Source of the DNA: a virus
Taxonomy: Duplodnaviria; Caudoviricetes
Length of the DNA: 56,110 nt
IMG/VR virus record: IMGVR_UViG_3300030098_005697
Span: 1-56,110 of that record
Reading direction: 5' to 3' (one strand)
Under the pieces are notes generated by a model. It was given only the letters and a program-made list of their open reading frames with translations, did not search any database and had not been told where the DNA came from. Position numbers and translations under genes: made by a program. The stretch's first letter is position 1. Each line of letters begins with the position of its first letter. Below, in pieces: positions 1-7,987 of this stretch.

Positions 1-92
1 GTGATAGGGAGGCCCACTTCTGCATTGATTGAGAGATCGAATTCTTGTTTGGGCCGCTTTCCTCTGGTCATACTCCATCGTGAGGAATCCCC
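1..92. repeat. Terminal direct repeat, left copy (circular assembly overlap)
   Basis: 1-92 is identical to 56018-56109. The final base 56110 (g) differs from base 93 (a). Confidence 0.97.
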
Positions 93-353
93 ATTAGAAA
101 ACTTCACCTGGGCCTCGGCGGAATCATTCCCAGGGGAAATCAAGGAGGCCAAGTCCTCCCCTTTTTTCACTTCTCCTGGTCGGAGGAGTAGACCAGCTAC
201 AGATCCAGAAAGTGCCAACTGGATTGCCTCTGCAATTGTGGACTTTCCGCTCTCATTCTTCCCTATGAGCAGGGTGTTTTTACCAATATTCCATGTTCGG
301 CTCTCACCATCCAAGCTTTTAATATTAGTTTTAATGTTTACTATGTGTTCCAT
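1..353 (-). CDS. Rad50/SbcC-like ABC ATPase, N-terminal part (continues through the circular junction to 54991; about 459 aa total)
   Basis: ATG at 353 follows GGAG. It translates MEHIVNIKTNIKSLDGESRTWNIGKNTLLIGKNESGKSTIAEAIQLALSG (Walker A GKNESGKST) and is in frame, 94 codons upstream, with the MTRGKRPK ORF at 56088. Missed by the ORF track. Confidence 0.85.
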   Translation of the reverse strand, partial: MEHIVNIKTNIKSLDGESRTWNIGKNTLLIGKNESGKSTIAEAIQLALSGSVAGLLLRPGEVKKGEDLASLISPGNDSAEAQVKFSNGDSSRWSMTRGKRPKQEFDLSINAEVGLPI

Positions 354-615
354 TTTGTTGCTCCAGGTAAAGGATTGCTATGAGTCTTGAGTGCAAGTTG
401 CTTGTGGGTTTTGATTCGCCCTTACGCCAACGGGCAATGCTTCGCGCATTGGGTCCAATAAGGATTCCTGCCCCATCTCCCCATTCAGGGTTTTTGATCT
501 CAATTCCGGCTGTGAGAAAGGCGTTTATTTTTAAGGTTAGCCAATGTGATATTCGGTTGTCTCCCCATCCATTCAGATGGAGCCATTCAAGATATTCTTG
601 GGTACTCTGAGTCAT
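331..615 (-). CDS. Small protein with possible XRE-type HTH helix
   Basis: Start MTQSTQEY at 615 overlaps the upstream stop (ATGA). RSIARWRKGESKP resembles the XRE recognition-helix motif. Confidence 0.5.
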   Translation of the reverse strand: MTQSTQEYLEWLHLNGWGDNRISHWLTLKINAFLTAGIEIKNPEWGDGAGILIGPNARSIARWRKGESKPTSNLHSRLIAILYLEQQNGTHSKH

Positions 616-1064
616 GCCCGCTCCGACTTTCGAGGAGTTTTTGGAGTTGTTGGGGTAGTGAGAACTTTCCATCCCCCCGTCCAGTCCTCTGAATCAATGG
701 TCTGGATGCCAGTGGTCTTGTTTAGAAGATCCTCACCATCCCAGAAAAAAACAGGCCGACCCAAACGGAGCGCTTCTCGGAGGATGGAAGCCGTAGCCCT
801 CCCACAGTCCCTTTGATTCACAACAAAGGCATCATAGACATGTTTGCCAGTAGTAGCATTCTTTCGTGTTGCCACCCCATGCGTCCAAGAGTCCCAGTTG
901 CCTCTCCAGTTTTTCTGATGGTCGAGCCTCCCGGGAACAATCCGAAAAGACGGAGACTCTCCCCCATCCAGAGCGCGCTCAACGAGCACGGACTCCAGCC
1001 GCCTAACCAGAAACTTAATTTCTGGAAGACTACAACTACCCGCATGGGCAAAAAAGATTCGCAT
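612..1064 (-). CDS. Hypothetical protein, possible Rossmannoid (NDT/TIR/SLOG-like) fold
   Basis: N-terminal strand MRIFFAH, then DAFVV and GRATASILREALRLGRPVFFW. RBS GGAG present. Confidence 0.4.
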   Translation of the reverse strand: MRIFFAHAGSCSLPEIKFLVRRLESVLVERALDGGESPSFRIVPGRLDHQKNWRGNWDSWTHGVATRKNATTGKHVYDAFVVNQRDCGRATASILREALRLGRPVFFWDGEDLLNKTTGIQTIDSEDWTGGWKVLTTPTTPKTPRKSERA

Positions 1065-1075
1065 GACGTTCTCTC

Positions 1076-3607
1076 CTATGTTTCGAGCCAGTTCTTTCCA
1101 ATCTCAGCCTCTGCTGTGTATTTGAGGAGAGGATTGGATTTCCGTTCTCGGTTCATTGCGGCTTCAAGAAGCTTTGCAGCCTCTTCCGCATCATCTTCTC
1201 GGACTTCAAAGAGAAGAGAATCGTGGCACTGATTGACCAGTCCCAGCCTCTCTTCGAAGTCAAAAGAAAAAAGGTCACGCCCAGCCAGGGAGGAGTAAGC
1301 AATAGTACCCCAGCCGGGGTGACCCATAACTAATTGAAGCATAGCCTCATGAACAATGGAAGCTCCCCCGGATTGAATGGGGTGGTTCACAAGTTCATTC
1401 AGTTTCTCTTCATTTTTAAAGTCTCTTCGGCGTCCCCATAAAGAATCAACGAGGAACCCCTGTTTTCGATATAACTGCCTTGTCTTCTCCCACCATTTGG
1501 GGATTTCAGGGTTGGCCTTCTTCAATCCCTTGACTACATCCCGAATGTCTCGATGAGTCAGGTGAGCATAGATCAGTTTTCCCTCGTCGTCTTCTACCGA
1601 GACCACTTGTTGGTGGATGGTTGGGACTGAGGCTGCATATTGCCACGCATAGAAGACGTTTTTAGTAATACCTCGTGTCCGCTTAAAGGTTCCTTTTCCT
1701 TTCTTGCGTCGGTCCTCAGGGGCACCATCTAATGACCAGATACTCTTCCCATAAACCGCCTCCATATTCTCATTATGTGGATCGAGACCCTCGTTGATAA
1801 TACGGAGGAGAGACTTAGACTCAGCCTCTTCCGCAATCAGACGAAGCTCCAACTGATCCATATCAGACCCTACGAAGAGATGTCCTTCTTCAGGAATGAA
1901 GATGTCACGTAGGAAGGCGGGAATATTCTGAGCGTTGGGACGAGAAGAAGAGTATCTCCCGGATGCTGGGAGTCGGTTGTAGGCAGGATGAACTCTCCCG
2001 TCTGAAAGAACAAGCTTTCCCTGGAGGGGCCGAATGTAGGTGCTTAGGAGTTTTCGGTACCTTCGGACCATTCGAATAGCCTGGAGAAACTCCACCTTCT
2101 CTGCATCAAGGTTGTGATGGGTAATCATTCTTCGCAGAGAATCATCATCTGTACTGGGCATCCCAGTCTTCTCATTGTACTTTTCTGGAACGAGCTTCCA
2201 TTCCCTAAAGAGTAGATTCGACAACTGCATTGTAGAGTTTGGGTTGAATGTTGTGTCCACAATCTGCTTACAAACCGCAGTGTATTGCCCAAGGAGGACT
2301 TCAAAAGCAAGTCCATGCTCCTCAAGCCGTTCCTGGTCTACGCGCATCCCCAAACGCTGCATCCCACAACCAATATCTTGGAGAAGATGTTCTCTTGAAA
2401 CAAGATGCCATTGGTTGCGAGCCTTCACCTCCTGGGCAAGAGGGCCAGCAATGCTGGCAGTAGATGAAACGTCCTTTGCACAATATATGTGGAGTTCCTC
2501 ATCATCTCGGGTGGTGGTGGCAATGTGATTTGCCTTCCAACCTTCCACAAAGTCTGTGTAGTAACTGGTGATAAAGCCCAGGTTGTGGGGCATCTCGTTA
2601 TTTACGAGGAGATGAAGCAGTAGAGTGTCGGCAGCCAGTTTTGGGGTGACTTGAAGTGCGCGCTCACAAACCAATCGGTCAAACTGACCTGCATTGTGTC
2701 CGATGATTGGGACAGGAGCAGTTTGGAGGAAGGTTCGAACGAGTGTGGTTACTTGAACCTCTTCTTGCCCAGTGAAGAAGTCTGGCTCTGCGGGATTAAT
2801 CCTCCGAAAAGGTACCAGGATGCTCAGGTCTTCGTTCCCAATTCCGATGCAGCGCAGTCGGGCTTCAAGCGGAGACTCCATTCCAGTTTCAACGTCATAG
2901 GCAACTGGTTTCCCCATATCTACCAAACGTTCAAAACAGTCCATCAACTCCTGGGCACTTTTTACGATGATAATCTCTGGTTCTTTCCAGGATAATGCAT
3001 CTCGAAAGTATCTTACCGCTCGGGAGAGATCACTAAGAAAGACTTCCCGCCACTTGGGCACTCGGAGAACAAAGGCCGGGTGAATGGTATAGGCCACTTT
3101 CACCATACCCCAGGGCATCTGGACTTCTTCGCATGTTCCACGAAGCGCCATAATAGAGGCATTCCCCCCTCGAATAGCAGAAGCAGCCTCTTTGCCCAGA
3201 CAGATTACTCTTGTGAATCCCTTCATGTCTTCAAGAAGTCGGCCTCGACAAGCTTTTTGGGGGGTTGGAAGAGTGGGTTTTTTGTCTCGGTTTCTGGCAG
3301 TGTTTATCCGTGAGAGTTTAGATATAAATGCCCCCAAGTTCCCTTTGGGAGGGCAACAAGCCATCACATTATTGATATGGCACTCTCCCCGGGACAAGCC
3401 CAGGAGATCAAGTGCAGCTTGAAGCTCAATCCCAGAAGGCCCTACAAATGGCCGACCCTCATTTACTTCATATGATCCAGGGGCTTCCCCCAGAATAAAT
3501 ATGCGGTCATTTGCGTGGGTCTCTGCCAGGACTGGCGAGAAATTATCTGACTTTCGGAGGAATCTTCCCAGTGAACAATCTTCGCAATTGGCGTGCTCAA
3601 GCGACAT
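1076..3607 (-). CDS. polA: Family A DNA polymerase with N-terminal family-4-type uracil-DNA glycosylase and 3'-5' exonuclease domains
   Basis: UDG motifs CEDC, GEAPG, GRPFVGPSG, NVMACCPP, HPAF. Exonuclease motifs DVETG, GHNAGQFD, YCAKD. Polymerase motifs A DMDQLELR, B RGITKNVFYAWQY, C HDS. Confidence 0.95.
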   Translation of the reverse strand: MSLEHANCEDCSLGRFLRKSDNFSPVLAETHANDRIFILGEAPGSYEVNEGRPFVGPSGIELQAALDLLGLSRGECHINNVMACCPPKGNLGAFISKLSRINTARNRDKKPTLPTPQKACRGRLLEDMKGFTRVICLGKEAASAIRGGNASIMALRGTCEEVQMPWGMVKVAYTIHPAFVLRVPKWREVFLSDLSRAVRYFRDALSWKEPEIIIVKSAQELMDCFERLVDMGKPVAYDVETGMESPLEARLRCIGIGNEDLSILVPFRRINPAEPDFFTGQEEVQVTTLVRTFLQTAPVPIIGHNAGQFDRLVCERALQVTPKLAADTLLLHLLVNNEMPHNLGFITSYYTDFVEGWKANHIATTTRDDEELHIYCAKDVSSTASIAGPLAQEVKARNQWHLVSREHLLQDIGCGMQRLGMRVDQERLEEHGLAFEVLLGQYTAVCKQIVDTTFNPNSTMQLSNLLFREWKLVPEKYNEKTGMPSTDDDSLRRMITHHNLDAEKVEFLQAIRMVRRYRKLLSTYIRPLQGKLVLSDGRVHPAYNRLPASGRYSSSRPNAQNIPAFLRDIFIPEEGHLFVGSDMDQLELRLIAEEAESKSLLRIINEGLDPHNENMEAVYGKSIWSLDGAPEDRRKKGKGTFKRTRGITKNVFYAWQYAASVPTIHQQVVSVEDDEGKLIYAHLTHRDIRDVVKGLKKANPEIPKWWEKTRQLYRKQGFLVDSLWGRRRDFKNEEKLNELVNHPIQSGGASIVHEAMLQLVMGHPGWGTIAYSSLAGRDLFSFDFEERLGLVNQCHDSLLFEVREDDAEEAAKLLEAAMNRERKSNPLLKYTAEAEIGKNWLET

Positions 3608-3620
3608 GACTCAACTCCAT

Positions 3621-3795
3621 AAAAAAAGACGGGCTGCAAAGAGGCCACCGACCAAGGCTACTTCTTTGCTTCTTTACACTCCGCTCGGAGTAATGCTCGG
3701 CACTCCCACCACCAAGACCAGGAGTACTTCACAAGAGCAGAAATATAAATCCCCAGCCCGATATGGGGATCGGCTCTTGCCATCCATCAAGAGCC
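3621..3795 (-). other. Structured intergenic RNA (multiple hairpins, possible terminator/attenuator) between SSB and polymerase
   Basis: Inverted repeats 3772-3779/3788-3795, 3749-3755/3764-3770, 3700-3727, 3678-3691, 3636-3642/3663-3669 and 3630-3636/3754-3760. U-run on the minus strand at 3621-3627. Confidence 0.5.
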
Positions 3796-3805
3796 TATGG
3801 AAACT

Positions 3806-4321
3806 CTACGAGAGGAGGAAGTCGAACTCCCCACCATCTTTAGTACCATTGTTTGATGGTTCTGATGCGACCGGAGCAGAAGGAGCCACCTGCTCTGGGA
3901 CCGCATTCTGATATGACATCATCTTGTTCCACCGAACTTCTGGGTAGAAGATGTATTTAGGGTAAGTCCCAGCCATACGCTTCCCATTCTCATCAACCTT
4001 GGGGGGAGTATAGTTGAAATAGACCTTCTTACCAGTGAACTTGTCAAAGGGGATTTTTGACTTCCCACCAAGCTTGCTCTCTGGAACACCAGCAGACTTA
4101 AGGAATGCTTTAAGGAAAGCGAGTCCGGTGGAAGAATCAAGGCTAAATCGTTCGCGGTGGGTCAAGCCATCCGTGTTGATGTAGGCATAGATAACGTTTC
4201 CGTTATCAGTGTAGTGAACAAATTCTTCAATGATCCCGGTATGAAGTCCAGGATCAAGAATTGCCAACCCACCTGTTGCAGCGGAAATGTCTGTGAAATC
4301 AATCTCAATAGTGAGTGCCAT
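3806..4321 (-). CDS. Probable single-stranded DNA-binding protein (DUF669-like)
   Basis: Follows the Sak4-like ATPase. Beta-rich body, Pro/Ala linker and acidic-aromatic tail DGGEFDFLLS. Start MALTIEID follows AAGGA. Confidence 0.65.
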   Translation of the reverse strand: MALTIEIDFTDISAATGGLAILDPGLHTGIIEEFVHYTDNGNVIYAYINTDGLTHRERFSLDSSTGLAFLKAFLKSAGVPESKLGGKSKIPFDKFTGKKVYFNYTPPKVDENGKRMAGTYPKYIFYPEVRWNKMMSYQNAVPEQVAPSAPVASEPSNNGTKDGGEFDFLLS

Positions 4322-4341
4322 CGTGCTTTTCCTTTTACGTG

Positions 4342-5223
4342 CTACCACGCATCTTCTTGTTTAAACAGATCTTCAAGACTGTTTTGTTTTGCTTGTGCCA
4401 GGACTGCTCGATGGAGACCATCTTGCAAAGCCCACCTGACGTGGGGAATCGAGTATTTACCCGAAAGTGTTTTAGCCGCAGGCTTAAGAACTTCTCTCCA
4501 GTGCTCAAGTCCCGTTTCTTGAATCTTTGTTGCCAACCCATCTACCACTTTCTCCTGCCAAGAAAGTCCTTTGGGTCGAGCAACTTTGTACCCCGCAGCC
4601 CGCATTGCCTCTGCAAGGTTCATTGGAGCTTGTGCAGGGAAAATTGAAAGCCTATCCCCAGCAACATACTGGGCATCAGGCTTTGTACTAAAGACATATT
4701 TCCAAGGCTCCGCAGTGTCTTCATAGACAACCCGAGCCACAATGTCGTTATAGGTGGAAAACTGTTCTGGCAACTGTCCCGGGAGAGCAGGACCACCACG
4801 AACGAACTTTCCTGAGGAAGTTCTGGGGGGCGACTCGTGGCAGTTGAAAAGAACATGGGTTCCCCCAACGGTTACCTCGCGAGCCACATCTCTTATTCTC
4901 ATCACCTGGGCACGAAGAGCGCCCCACATGTCCCACCCACTGTGAACTTTCTCCAACTGCTGGACAGTGCGCTCAACAATCAACGAGAAATCATCGATTA
5001 CAACTGAGGAATGTTTTGGCCCTTGCTCTGCCAATATTTTAGCAGCAGCCTCTACATTAGAGGGATGAACAACTTTGAGCTTGTCCACTCCAAGGAAGGT
5101 TTGAACAGAGAGTAGTCCTCCATGGCCTGCGATAAACAAACCTCCGACTCCGACGGCTCCAGTACAGACCGACTTTCCTGTTTTTGAGGGGCCATAAACG
5201 GTCCCGAATATTCCTGGTTTCAT
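4342..5223 (-). CDS. Sak4-like (AAA_24) P-loop ATPase/recombinase
   Basis: Walker A YGPSKTGKS and Walker B VVIDD. Lies between an exonuclease and an SSB, typical of Sak4 modules. Confidence 0.8.
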   Translation of the reverse strand: MKPGIFGTVYGPSKTGKSVCTGAVGVGGLFIAGHGGLLSVQTFLGVDKLKVVHPSNVEAAAKILAEQGPKHSSVVIDDFSLIVERTVQQLEKVHSGWDMWGALRAQVMRIRDVAREVTVGGTHVLFNCHESPPRTSSGKFVRGGPALPGQLPEQFSTYNDIVARVVYEDTAEPWKYVFSTKPDAQYVAGDRLSIFPAQAPMNLAEAMRAAGYKVARPKGLSWQEKVVDGLATKIQETGLEHWREVLKPAAKTLSGKYSIPHVRWALQDGLHRAVLAQAKQNSLEDLFKQEDAW

Positions 5224-5474
5224 TTTGTCCCTTTCTTTCTATTGGTCTTTCTACTTACGACTCTTTGATTGTTTCTTCCATTTGATCCACCCTTAGAGAG
5301 GGGTGTCTTATGGTCTACTTCTTTCCCATCGCCCTTTGTTACCAGTCCTTCTCGGATGGCTCGTCTTCGAGCATTGTTTCTCATGTTTCTGTGGATCTTT
5401 GCTTCTCGACTGCTGTGATCACGTTCATATTCTTTCTTGTAGTTTCTGGTCTCAGGTTTCTGCGGCATCTTCAT
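5220..5474 (-). CDS. Small HNH endonuclease
   Basis: RNYKKEY...RNNARR...KGDGKEVDHKTPLSKGGSN...NQRVVSRKTNR, a beta-beta-alpha-Me pattern common in podoviruses. Confidence 0.85.
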   Translation of the reverse strand: MKMPQKPETRNYKKEYERDHSSREAKIHRNMRNNARRRAIREGLVTKGDGKEVDHKTPLSKGGSNGRNNQRVVSRKTNRKKGTK

Positions 5475-6327
5475 CTCCCCAACGACAGAGTTCAAAGTAT
5501 GTACATGGTCCATATTTACCGTAGCAGACCTGATCAGACAATACGGGGGGAAAGTCCATTGGGTCTGAGATATGGGCGTGACTTTGAATCCTATCTTCTA
5601 TTTGCCGAAGAGTTCCCACAAACCCAGAAGCAGCTACTGGGGCTGGCTCCAAAACTGAGCGCTCAAAGTCAACAGGAGAAGAAAGCTTTACTCGGTTGAT
5701 TACAACCCCACCAAACTTCCGACCATATATCTTCCGCCCAAACATCTGGTACCCAAGAAACTGACCAGAAAGAATATGTTGTCGAAGAGTCTTAGATGTG
5801 ATTCGGTAGCAGCTTTTGTGATCAACAATCCAGTAGAACCCATGAGGATCTTGGACAATCAAATCAGCACGCTGGGTGAAAAGAAATCTCTCTGACCCTG
5901 AAGGCAGGGACTGGGAACGACTAATATGAGCACGAAGCTCTTGTTCTACAGCAACAACTTTCCAAGAACAACGCGCCCAATGTGACTGGTACTTTTCCAA
6001 AGCAACCAAAACAGGAGTAACACAAGATACCCAAAGAGAAGCTTCATTTCTGTCCCTGGACTTTCGGGCTTCTTGGCGAGACAAGACGAGAACTGATTCC
6101 TCAGGAGCATAGAAAGCATCTGGATCTCTACCCTCTTGTTCTTCAAGCTTTCTCTGATAGTAGTGAGCCAACCCGATGTGGAGAAGACTACCCTTAACAA
6201 GTGGCTCAGTAACAATAAATGGTTTCTTAGCTTTATGATTCCAAGCCCATAGACGAAGACACCGAGATGCCTGCTCAAATTGATGCCAACCTCTTTCAGA
6301 TGGTCCGGCATCCAGTAGACTTTTCAT
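5452..6327 (-). CDS. PD-(D/E)XK exonuclease, Cas4/RecB-like
   Basis: VEQEL...RADLIV...IVDHKS, QFLGY. One N-terminal Cys (RCLR) plus a C-terminal CYGKYGPCTYFELC cluster. Start MKSLLD follows GGAG. Confidence 0.85.
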   Translation of the reverse strand: MKSLLDAGPSERGWHQFEQASRCLRLWAWNHKAKKPFIVTEPLVKGSLLHIGLAHYYQRKLEEQEGRDPDAFYAPEESVLVLSRQEARKSRDRNEASLWVSCVTPVLVALEKYQSHWARCSWKVVAVEQELRAHISRSQSLPSGSERFLFTQRADLIVQDPHGFYWIVDHKSCYRITSKTLRQHILSGQFLGYQMFGRKIYGRKFGGVVINRVKLSSPVDFERSVLEPAPVAASGFVGTLRQIEDRIQSHAHISDPMDFPPVLSDQVCYGKYGPCTYFELCRWGDEDAAET

Positions 6328-6394
6328 GGAAAGCTCCATTGAGTAGGTGACAGAGCACAGCGCCCACACCAGTGTATATAGTAACAGATGTCGG

Positions 6395-7987
6395 TCAGAT
6401 GTCCAGGCCTAATCCAGCAATTCTTGTCAAGAGAGTGTCAGCATCTCCGTCGAACGCTTCAGATATTTCACCTATAACCCCACTTTCGGTGATTGTTCCA
6501 ACTGCGGGTAGTTTGTCCAATAGAATATCGGCAACATGCTCATCGACTGTACCGCGAGCGACAACGTAAGAAATAAGAACGGGACGTACCTGACCCAGAC
6601 GACAGAATCTTCCCTCCCATTGTTCCACTGAACGCGGAGTCCAGGGGAGCATGACAAACAGGGCAAGATCTGTGTCTTGAAGATTAACGCTCTCTCCCCA
6701 AGCATCCCCAGTACCTACGAGAACAGCACCCCCAACGGTGCCCATATATTCATGCCTGACCTTGTCTCGGGCGTCGGTTGTACTTCCACCATGGGCACAC
6801 CAAACTGGAACCTTCACAGCTTTTGTAATGGCCTCTCCGAGCTTATCGCAATCCTTCCTCCGCCCTGTGAAGACCACCACTTTCTGCCCAAAGCTCACAG
6901 CCTCTTTGACTCTTTCCACAACATACTTCCTCTTTCGGGAAGCAGCTTCTTGGAGCATGACCTCAAAAGCCGACTCTCTATCCCCTTGGGCATTTTTGAT
7001 GTCACGGGTGAATCCCCCTGGACGGTTCTGCTCATCACGTTCCAGGTAAACAACTTGCCTCCGTTTCTTTGGGAGGTTCTGGATTACTGCCTTTTCATCT
7101 GTCTTGTATCGAGACCATTCCAATCGAGATAGAAGTTCTTCCTCATGGGAGAGTCCTTCATATTTCCACCCATAGAGATCCTTAAACCCAGCGCAATATC
7201 TCTCTCCAAACTGGTGGAAACTTCCCCATTGCCAAGGTTCAACAAGGTCCAACTGAGTCCAGAGGTCCTTCGTTCTATTGGGCATGGGGGTTGCAGTCAT
7301 CCCGAATCTTCGAGTAGACGCCTGACACAGTGCCTGAATGGCAGCAGCAGTATTGCCCAGTGAGTCATATCGGATTTTCCCATTTTCCTGGAGGACTGCT
7401 TTGCTTCTTTTTGGATTCTTCGCCCAGTGAATCTCATCCATTACCAGTGAGTGGGGCTTCATCCTAATCAGTGTAGGTGCCCACGATATTAGGGTCTCCC
7501 ATGCTGTAATGTATATGGCACGGGGGTCGGGATTAAGATCCCGTGGAGTTTTCCCCGAGAGTACAATGGGCCTAAATCGGGTATATTTTCGGACCTCTTC
7601 TCGCCATGTCCCACGAGCAGCCGCCTTGGTTACCACAACTTTTGGTGCTCGAATAGCCGCAGATACCCAGACCAGACCACAAAGAGTCTTGCCAGATCCA
7701 GGGGGGGACCACGCATGATACCCAGTTTTTCCGCGCGACCCTCGAAGAATTTCCCATTGGTGTTCCATCAAAAAATCATGGACCCAGGGCTGAAATGCTG
7801 GAGACCTCAGAATTTGCTTAAAAGATAGACCAGAGGGCACCTGACATGGACGACTTCCCAATAGGGTATTCGCAACATTAAGTGGAACCCGCCCGCCCCT
7901 GCCGTTTTTATTTGGCCAAACGCCAGGAATCTCTCGGAGATCATTATTGATATCCGAGGAGAAAGTATGTAGTGGAAGCATGGTCAC
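6395..7987 (-). CDS. SF2 helicase, SNF2-like
   Basis: PGSGKT, MDEIH, TATP, GESVNLQ, EQWEGRFCRLGQ motifs. Confidence 0.9.
   Translation of the reverse strand: MTMLPLHTFSSDINNDLREIPGVWPNKNGRGGRVPLNVANTLLGSRPCQVPSGLSFKQILRSPAFQPWVHDFLMEHQWEILRGSRGKTGYHAWSPPGSGKTLCGLVWVSAAIRAPKVVVTKAAARGTWREEVRKYTRFRPIVLSGKTPRDLNPDPRAIYITAWETLISWAPTLIRMKPHSLVMDEIHWAKNPKRSKAVLQENGKIRYDSLGNTAAAIQALCQASTRRFGMTATPMPNRTKDLWTQLDLVEPWQWGSFHQFGERYCAGFKDLYGWKYEGLSHEEELLSRLEWSRYKTDEKAVIQNLPKKRRQVVYLERDEQNRPGGFTRDIKNAQGDRESAFEVMLQEAASRKRKYVVERVKEAVSFGQKVVVFTGRRKDCDKLGEAITKAVKVPVWCAHGGSTTDARDKVRHEYMGTVGGAVLVGTGDAWGESVNLQDTDLALFVMLPWTPRSVEQWEGRFCRLGQVRPVLISYVVARGTVDEHVADILLDKLPAVGTITESGVIGEISEAFDGDADTLLTRIAGLGLDI

Noticed and set aside
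1-92. End repeat as a biological direct terminal repeat
   Set aside because: It lies inside a continuous gene and is k-mer sized, so it is best explained as an assembly overlap.
1076-3607. UDG-PolA fusion as proof of a modified-base genome
   Set aside because: No hydroxymethylase, deaminase, PurZ or queuosine-pathway genes are recognisable in the complete genome.
3630-3760. Cloverleaf-like fold as a tRNA
   Set aside because: About 130 nt long with no T-loop GTTC, D-loop GG or 7-nt anticodon loop geometry.
5452-6327. Cas4-like nuclease as part of a CRISPR system
   Set aside because: No array, cas1 or cas2. It sits in a standard exonuclease-Sak4-SSB recombination module.
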